From IMG/VR virus record IMGVR_UViG_3300032304_002285, positions 1 to 64,000 of that record: a DNA stretch of 64,000 bases; one strand, given 5' to 3'. Made by a program: the position numbers and the translations under genes. Within the stretch, counting starts at the first letter, position 1. Every line of letters starts with the position of its first letter. The notes under the pieces were generated by a model. The model worked only from the letters and a program-made list of their open reading frames with translations, did not search any database and was not told the DNA's origin. Positions 10,047-15,409 of this stretch are shown here, piece by piece. This DNA comes from a virus.

Positions 10047-10128
10047 GCTGCTGTACCCGAATTGGCATAGGGGTTCGCTTGAGGTGCGAATGCCGAAAGG
10101 CGTAAGGGTTCGAGTCCCTTCAGTAGTA
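10047..10128 (+). tRNA. trnL: tRNA-Leu(GAG)
   Basis: TTCGC-TT GAG GT-GCGAA, GCTGCTG/CAGTAGT. Confidence 0.9.
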
Positions 10129-10143
10129 CTTTTCAGATTTCAT

Positions 10144-10229
10144 ACGAGGGTGGTGAAATGGCAGACACAGCAGGTCTAGACCCTGCTACTCTTAAGAGTA
10201 TAGGGGTTCAAGTCCCCTCCCTCGTACCA
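10144..10229 (+). tRNA. trnL: tRNA-Leu(TAG), non-canonical C33
   Basis: GCAGG-TC TAG AC-CCTGC, ACGAGGG/CCCTCGT, CCA. Confidence 0.85.
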
Positions 10230-10310
10230 TGTTTCTTTTGATGGTTACTCGGATGAGCATTCGAGTATTAAAAACGAGGGCTAGACATTCGTTGCCATCA
10301 TGTTTTTGCA

Positions 10311-10330
10311 GGAGGCGTGGCCGAGTTGGT
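10311..10330 (+). pseudogene. Orphan 5' fragment of a Ser-type tRNA directly upstream of the HNH cassette
   Basis: GGAGGCGTGGCCGAGTTGGT resembles the 5' end of tRNA-Ser(GCT) at 10895 and has the same TTTTGCA leader as other Ser tRNAs here; no 3' half follows. Confidence 0.55.
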
Positions 10331-10391
10331 AGTACATGGAAATCAGCTATAGTTGTGACATATTAATGTCATACAACTCGCGGAGGTTTCC

Positions 10392-10895
10392 ATGAGAACA
10401 GAAAATGCCATTTGTCAGGTTTGTAAGAAGGCGTATTATCGTCGTCCGTATCAAAGAGAAAATTTTGCTAACAATTTTTGTTCGCTTGAATGTTATGGTA
10501 AGTCAAAGAGAAGAGCTTTTTCTTTGTGTGAGACTTGTCATAAACCTTTTCATGGGAAAAGAAGAGAACAGAGATTTTGTTGTGGGGTTTGTGCTTTGAA
10601 ACAAAGAAGCTCTCGGACTGCCCAAGGAATGTATTCTGGAAGTCTAACTAAGAATAAAAGTAAAATGATGTTTGAAGAGCTAAGGCGTAGGTTGGATTTT
10701 AAGACTTGTATGATTGAAGGCTGTTCTTATGACAAGACTTTTGATATACACCGTTTAATTCCGGGTTCTGATGGTGGTAAGTATGAAGTGGGGAATATGT
10801 TCGCAATATGCCCTAACCATCATGCCGAGATTCATAGGAATATAATTAAAGTAGAGAAGGTTAATGATGGATGTCTTAGGGAAAAGAATTTGTAG
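10392..10895 (+). CDS. Free-standing HNH homing endonuclease with N-terminal Zn-binding repeats
   Basis: CxxC...FCSxxC repeats; C-terminal 'DIHRLIPGSDGGKYEVGNMFAICPNHHAEIH'; its stop codon overlaps G1 of tRNA-Ser; RBS and ATG lie in hairpin CATGGAAA/TTTCCATG. Confidence 0.8.
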   Translation: MRTENAICQVCKKAYYRRPYQRENFANNFCSLECYGKSKRRAFSLCETCHKPFHGKRREQRFCCGVCALKQRSSRTAQGMYSGSLTKNKSKMMFEELRRRLDFKTCMIEGCSYDKTFDIHRLIPGSDGGKYEVGNMFAICPNHHAEIHRNIIKVEKVNDGCLREKNL

Positions 10896-10982
10896 GAGAT
10901 GTGGCTGAGTGGCTTAAGGCGGCTCTCTGCTAAGGAGTTGGCGGCTAATACCCGTCCGTAGGTTCAAATCCTACCATCTCCG
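10895..10982 (+). tRNA. trnS: tRNA-Ser(GCT)
   Basis: GCTCT-CT GCT AA-GGAGT, GGAGATG/CATCTCC, G73. Confidence 0.9.
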
Positions 10983-10989
10983 CAGTTTC

Positions 10990-11061
10990 AGGGATGTGAT
11001 GTAATTGGTAGCATAAAGGATTCCAAACCCTTTCGTCTCAGTTCGAGTCTGAGCGTCCCTG
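10990..11061 (+). tRNA. trnW: tRNA-Trp(CCA)
   Basis: Loop TT CCA AA, AGGGATG/CGTCCCT, G73. Confidence 0.88.
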
Positions 11062-11066
11062 GATTT

Positions 11067-11158
11067 CATGAAGTGACGGAATTGGTAGACGTAGCCTCAG
11101 TAGAGACGCCAAAACTCGAACAGGCTGGCAATTGCAGGTTCGATTCCTGCCTTCATGG
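11067..11158 (+). tRNA. Atypical tRNA-like RNA with an expanded anticodon arm (identity unclear)
   Basis: Perfect CATGAAG/CTTCATG acceptor, Leu-type D arm, T arm GCAGG-TTCGATT-CCTGC; AGCCT/AGGCT stem encloses 24 nt instead of 7. Confidence 0.6.
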
Positions 11159-11170
11159 AAATTTTCTCTT

Positions 11171-11256
11171 AGGTGTATGACTGAGCGGTTTAAGGTGGCT
11201 CCTGGACGGGGCTGAGGCTCTTCGAGCTTCCGTAGGTTCAAATCCTACTGCATCTA
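11171..11256 (+). tRNA. trnS: tRNA-Ser(GGA), copy 1
   Basis: GGCTC-CT GGA CG-GGGCT, variable arm GAGGCT/AGCTTC, T arm GTAGG-TTCAAAT-CCTAC; C37 is unusual. Confidence 0.75.
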
Positions 11257-11273
11257 AGAGGAATTATTTTGCA

Positions 11274-11366
11274 GGAGGAATGGGTGAATTGGCTAAACCA
11301 GCAGTCTCGAAAGCTGCCGAATCGGGTTAACTACTCGATGTGAGGGTTCGATCCCCTCTTCCTCCG
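11274..11366 (+). tRNA. trnS: tRNA-Ser(CGA)
   Basis: GCAGT-CT CGA AA-GCTGC, GGAGGAA/TTCCTCC, G73. Confidence 0.92.
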
Positions 11367-11626
11367 CAGATTTTTATTCAGAAGGTTTGGATTTTGAGAA
11401 GAATGAAGTAATTGAGTAAGTGGAGGTAACAATGAAAAAGTGTCAATGTTGCAAGGGTGCTGGAATGAGTCATTCGGTTCTTAAGGACCATGGGAGCAAA
11501 AAGATGGAGTCCCACATTACTCCATGTGATAGCCCAACCTGTAAGAATGGATATGTGAGTGAGTCTTTGGTTGAGGAGTATTACAAGAATTTTGCTGAGT
11601 ATGGGAAAGTAGTTTAAGTTTAGTTT

Positions 11627-11703
11627 GGATGGTGAGCAAGTCTGGTTGATTGCGCTCGGTTGAAGCCCGAGAGAACTCGGTTCGATTCCGAGACCATCCA
11701 CCA
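11627..11703 (+). tRNA. trnF: tRNA-Phe(GAA)
   Basis: CTCGG-TT GAA GC-CCGAG, GGATGGT/ACCATCC, CCA. Confidence 0.92.
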
Positions 11704-11711
11704 ATTTTAGT

Positions 11712-11787
11712 GACGGGATGGCTGAGAGGCTTAGGCACTTGTCTGCAAAACAAGACCACAGGGGTTCGACTCCCCTTCCCGTCTCCA
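11712..11787 (+). tRNA. trnC: tRNA-Cys(GCA)
   Basis: CTTGT-CT GCA AA-ACAAG, T73, CCA. Confidence 0.93.
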
Positions 11788-11792
11788 TTGTT

Positions 11793-11896
11793 AGTCTTGA
11801 GAGATGGTGGTTCAAGCCCACCCACGCCGCTTTACCTGGGAGGGTTCTGACGGTGTAGTAAGTCGTTTAAACGGTAAAGACGCTCAAGGCTTTCAG
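11793..11896 (+). ncRNA. Candidate circularly permuted tRNA-Glu(TTC): 3' half (11793-11830) precedes 5' half (11851-11896)
   Basis: TCTTGAG (11795-11801) pairs with CTCAAGG (11883-11889); ACGCCG (11824-11829) pairs with CGGTGT (11851-11856); T arm GGTGG-TTCAAGC-CCACC in the upstream half; D arm GTT/GAC and loop CT TTC AG in the downstream half. Confidence 0.5.
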
Positions 11897-11983
11897 GATG
11901 TATTATTGAAGGTGGCAAGGCGACTATCAGATGTGTCGCGCAGGACTGAGTTCGATTCTCGGCAGAACTACTAAAGAGTTTTT

Positions 11984-12078
11984 GGGAGAGCGGCAACGAT
12001 TGGCTGGTGTTGCGCTAGACTGTAAATCTAGTCCCTTTGTGGTAAACATAGGGGGTTCGATTCCCTCCTCTCCCACCA
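11984..12078 (+). tRNA. trnY: tRNA-Tyr(GTA), intact
   Basis: CTAGA-CT GTA AA-TCTAG, GGGAGAG/CTCTCCC, CCA; extended 5-bp D stem. Confidence 0.9.
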
Positions 12079-12141
12079 ATTTATATGGCAATGATTAATA
12101 ACAGAGGTATATTACACCAGTGTAAAAAGGAGAGGTGTAAT

Positions 12142-12549
12142 ATGCTTAATGGTCACAAGAATACAAAGAAACAGGGTGATGTGGGTCTTGGGTTGGCAAT
12201 TGGTTGGTTTTCTTCTCTAGGGCATACGGTTTGTGTTCCATTAACAGATAGTCAGGATTATGATTTGATTGTGGATATAGATGGAAAAATCCACCGGGTT
12301 CAGGTTAAGACAACAACTTATAAATCTGAATATGGGATTTTTACCACTAACCTTAGTGTGAAGGGTGGGAATAGGACATCGGTTGGAAAAGTGAAGAAAT
12401 TTGACTCCAATAAGGTAGACAATGTTTTTATCGTAACGAGTGATGATGAGTATTATTTTATACCTGCATCACAGATAGAAGCAAAACATAACATTTCTCT
12501 TGGTACGAAATGGATTCAGTACAAAGTAAAACCTGTCCCTTTGAGGTGA
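12142..12549 (+). CDS. PD-(D/E)XK homing endonuclease (I-Ssp6803I/PDDEXK_5-like), free-standing
   Basis: 'KQGDVG..LAI...LG..V.VPL.D...YDLIVD.DG.I.RVQVKT'; ATG 12142 behind hairpin ATATTACACC/GGTGTAATAT; last codons run into the displaced tRNA-Tyr 3' half. Confidence 0.85.
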   Translation: MLNGHKNTKKQGDVGLGLAIGWFSSLGHTVCVPLTDSQDYDLIVDIDGKIHRVQVKTTTYKSEYGIFTTNLSVKGGNRTSVGKVKKFDSNKVDNVFIVTSDDEYYFIPASQIEAKHNISLGTKWIQYKVKPVPLR

Positions 12550-12594
12550 ACAATGAAGGTGCAACTCCTTCTGCCACCACCAATTGTTTTGCAT

Positions 12595-12688
12595 GGAGAG
12601 GTGGCTGAATTGGTCTAAGGCGCTACACTGGAAATGTAGTGGTTCCGGTTCAAACCGGGGCCTAGGGGTTCGAGTCCCCTCCTCTCCG
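12595..12688 (+). tRNA. trnS: tRNA-Ser(GGA), copy 2
   Basis: CTACA-CT GGA AA-TGTAG, GGAGAGG/CCTCTCC, G73, no CCA. Confidence 0.92.
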
Positions 12689-12759
12689 GGTCAGAGTGTC
12701 AAGGAGCCTCCACGGGGCTCTGACTGGGCAACGGTATTAATACCGGCTAATCCTTGACA
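12689..12759 (+). ncRNA. HDV-like (theta-type) self-cleaving ribozyme at the tRNA-Ser 3' end
   Basis: P1 GGTCAGA/TCTGACT with first G.U pair; P2 TGTCAAGGA/TCCTTGACA; P3 GCC/GGC; L3 TCCACGG; P1.1 CC/GG; P4 hairpin CGGTA-TTAA-TACCG; J4/2 GCTAA with catalytic C at 12747; scissile bond falls right after discriminator G12688. Confidence 0.9.
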
Positions 12760-12770
12760 GAAGATTTTTT

Positions 12771-12863
12771 GGGAGTCGATCCTCACGGCTGTCTGTAAAA
12801 CAGTTGCCCTCAAAAGCATGTGAGGTGGTTGGGCGAGAGGTTCAATTCCTCCGGCTCTCACCA
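12771..12863 (+). tRNA. D-armless tRNA-Tyr(GTA)-like RNA with an enlarged variable region
   Basis: GGGAGTC/GGCTCTC, A73 plus CCA, GCTGT-CT GTA AA-ACAGT, T loop TTCAATT; only 10 nt (GATCCTCACG) where the D arm should be. Confidence 0.65.
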
Positions 12864-12873
12864 ATTGAAAACA

Positions 12874-12910
12874 GAAGCCCAAAGGGAATAAAATCTCTTT
12901 GGGCTTTTTT
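12874..12910 (+). terminator. Terminator ending the tRNA cluster
   Basis: AGCCCAAAGGGA...TCTCTTTGGGCT followed by Ts. Confidence 0.8.
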
Positions 12911-12955
12911 ATGTTCAAGATTTTGGGGTATAATAGGTAGAAACAGGTAGGAAGT

Positions 12956-14762
12956 ATGTATATTGCTGGTCCTTCAATTCCTCTTAAGATGGAGCAGAAT
13001 TTATCTAGTGTGGAAGTTCCGTGTCGTTACTCGAATTGTAAGGGTACGGCTTTAATGATTCAAGGTTCTAATAAACAGTGGCGGATTTATTGTCCGTATT
13101 GTTTTTTAGGAGACGTTTATAGAAACGGGAAGATTGGGTATAGGAACTTAGATTTGGGAAAGGTACTGGGTCAATGGTATGAACCTTCTACTCATCTTTC
13201 TTTGGTAATAGCATATGATGAAAAAGGAATTGATCATGAGGGTTGCCAATGAGCTTCAAGAGAATGAAGATACCATGTAGGACCAAGAATTGCAGTGGTG
13301 CTTATTTGAAGAGAGTTGGCAAAAGGAAGAGGCTTTTTGATAAGGGATTCAATCGTCCATTTTGGCATTTAAGTTGTCAAAATTGTGGTTATGACTGGTC
13401 AACGGCAAGATCTCTAAGGAAGGTATTGGGTGAATGGTATGATGGTTTGTACTGTAGGACATTGGATTTTGTAATTATATTGAGTGAGTATGAGATATGA
13501 AGATTCCTTGTACTTATCTTGGGTGTTCGGGGGTTGTTCAGGTTTGGAAGGATAGTTGTTGGAGAGTTTATTGTCCTAAGTGTAAGTATCATGAGTTGCC
13601 GATAAAGTCTCGTAGTGAAGTTTTAAAAAGATGGTATAAATTTACTAAGGTATTACCGATAATAGTTTTATCAGAGACAGAAGCGGAGATTAAATCATGA
13701 CGGTTAAGAGATCGAAGAAGCAGTATGGTGTTGCTCCTGGTTGTGTTCCTGTTCCTAGGGTTAAGGTTCATAAGTTTAAGACTTCATCCAAGCCAAGATT
13801 TTGTCCTGTTTGCCAGGGTAGTCGTAAGCTTGGAGTAGAGCTTGTTGGGATCTTTGACTGTACGACTCCTTGTTTTGCTTGTTTGTCTTGGGATTAAAAT
13901 GAGTGAGAATATCAAGTATGAGTTTTTGGGAATAGTTCTTTGCCAGATGGATGGGTGTAAGGGGAAGGCGTATGTTTCGTTAGAATTAGAAACAAGGTAT
14001 CTTACTATTTACTGTCCATCTTGTGGTTGGTGTGGTCTTCCATGGCCAGAGAGGGCGGGGTTTGCGATTGTGTTCAAGGAGAGAGTAGTTGAGTGATTCC
14101 AGACAGAGGTTTATTGATTCATTGGAGACGGTTACTTTCTTTCCTTGCTGGAGGGATAATTGTGGTCCTGCAAGGCTTCTGAGGTTTAAGGATGGGGCTT
14201 GGACCATTGCGTGTCCTTATTGTGGTTTACAGCCCTTCTTTAAGTCTCCGACAAGAAAGGAAGCCTATTCTTCTTGGTTTCAGGATATCAAGGAAATTGT
14301 TGTTTACGATGAAGTCGAAATCTGACACATATTTTTCATGGGAAATTCCTTGTGGGGATAAGGAGTGTGGGTCAACTGCTTTCTTGGTCTATTGGTTTCA
14401 CAATGGCATTCACAAATGGAAATGTTATTGCATGGAGTGTAGGAGGGCAACTTTGGAGTATAATGAGTCTAAGGATGCATTGGACATATTTTTTAATGGC
14501 TATTGGGGTGATCTAAGGAACAGAGTGGTGGTTTATGACCTCCGGGGCGAAGCTCCTATCGTTTTATGAGGTTCCTTGCCCCAAGTGTGATAAAGAAGCG
14601 AGATTAGAGGCATGGGATTGTTCTGCTGGGATTGTATGGAGAGTTCATTGTTGGCATTGCTATTTTATTGGTAATAATAGTTCTAGTGCTAAATCTGCCT
14701 TGTGGTTTGCTTGTAAGCTTCCTGAGGATTGCATAATGATTTATGGGCAAGAAGAGATATGA
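12956..14762 (+). CDS. Block of ~7 Lar-like Cys4 zinc-ribbon mini-genes (plus one other Cys-rich ORF at 13697)
   Basis: (K/E)(I/V)PC-x2-4-C ... (Y/R)C-x2-C ... W(Y/F) ... hydrophobic strand then D/E-E; coupled stops and starts. Confidence 0.75.
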
Positions 14763-15206
14763 TTTTTACTCACAACGAGACACGGGACTTTAATCTGAGT
14801 AATAGTGGATTAATAGTGGACGATTTCATTAAGAATCGTTCTTATGGGAGGAAGTTAGTTTTAAGGATAAAGATTGGTCGATATATAGATGAAATAGATA
14901 AGATTCCTTTGGCTTGGGTTATGGTTTTCATTGGGAAGGGGAAATATTCAGATAAATATTTATCTGTTTTCCCTATGTATTCCATATTGTTTATTAAGGA
15001 GAGATTGATTGAAAGTTGAACAAATAGATCCAAGTAGCCGTTATGCTTCAAATGATCTTTTGTATTTGAAGTGTGTGGACAAGGGCAATGGGTTTATGAA
15101 TTTGTTTGTTCAGTTTATGGTTCCAGGGGGAAGGGTTAAAAAGCATAAAAGGATTTGTGTTCCTAGTCAGGTTATTATCACTTCGAGTGAGGAAATTATT
15201 CAATGA
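14758..15206 (+). CDS. Two FP-family mini-genes
   Basis: C-termini VFPMYSILFIKE and VPSQVIITSSEE. Confidence 0.6.
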
Positions 15207-15409
15207 AGGTTGGTGATTTTTATACACTTCATGATGATGCTGATTGTTTGATTATGCAGGTTGATATTCAGGGTCAAGAGTCTTATCCGGAGTGGGGATT
15301 TTTTAGGATTTATTTTATCTATTAAAAGCCTGATTTAACGACAAGTTTTGATGATATTGTTGTTCCTAAAAATAAGGTATTTGTAATCAATGAAAGCCCC
15401 TTGTCTTAA
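15203..15409 (+). pseudogene. FP-family mini-gene interrupted by an in-frame TAA at 15323-15325
   Basis: MKVGDFYTLHDDADCLIMQVDIQGQESYPEWGFFRIYFIY*KPDLTTSFDDIVVPKNKVFVINESPLS; the family C-terminal motif lies after the stop. Confidence 0.65.

Larger units (their letters stand above)
11911..12582 (+). pseudogene. tRNA-Tyr(GTA) split at the anticodon by a ~578-nt insert (5' half 11911-11947, 3' half 12526-12582)
   Basis: GGTGGCA pairs perfectly with TGCCACC-A-CCA; 5' half has the same D-arm layout as the tRNA-Tyr at 11984; 3' half GTA AA ACCTG plus variable arm TCCCTTTGAGGTGAACAAT is homologous to that tRNA's. Confidence 0.65.

Noticed and set aside
10144-10229. Second amber suppressor from a shifted reading of loop TCTAGAC
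   Set aside because: The 5-bp stem centres TAG as the anticodon and the body is Leu-type; CTA would need an off-register loop.
10240-10299. Hammerhead ribozyme
   Set aside because: GATGAG is present, but the CUGAUGA and GAAA core elements are not in single-stranded junction positions.
11793-11970. Two-piece or mini tmRNA
   Set aside because: No G3.U70 alanine identity pair in either frame, no tag ORF or pseudoknot region, and a real D arm and anticodon loop are present.
11843-11970. Selenocysteine tRNA (TCA triplets at ~11893 and ~11927)
   Set aside because: Neither TCA lies in a 7-nt loop on a proper anticodon stem, and the 8/5 acceptor-T architecture is absent.
11948-12525. Group I intron in tRNA-Tyr
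   Set aside because: The insert is filled by a tRNA and the ORF, which runs into the 3' exon. I see no room or sequence for the P3-P7 core, and splicing at a terminal G would not rebuild a normal anticodon arm.
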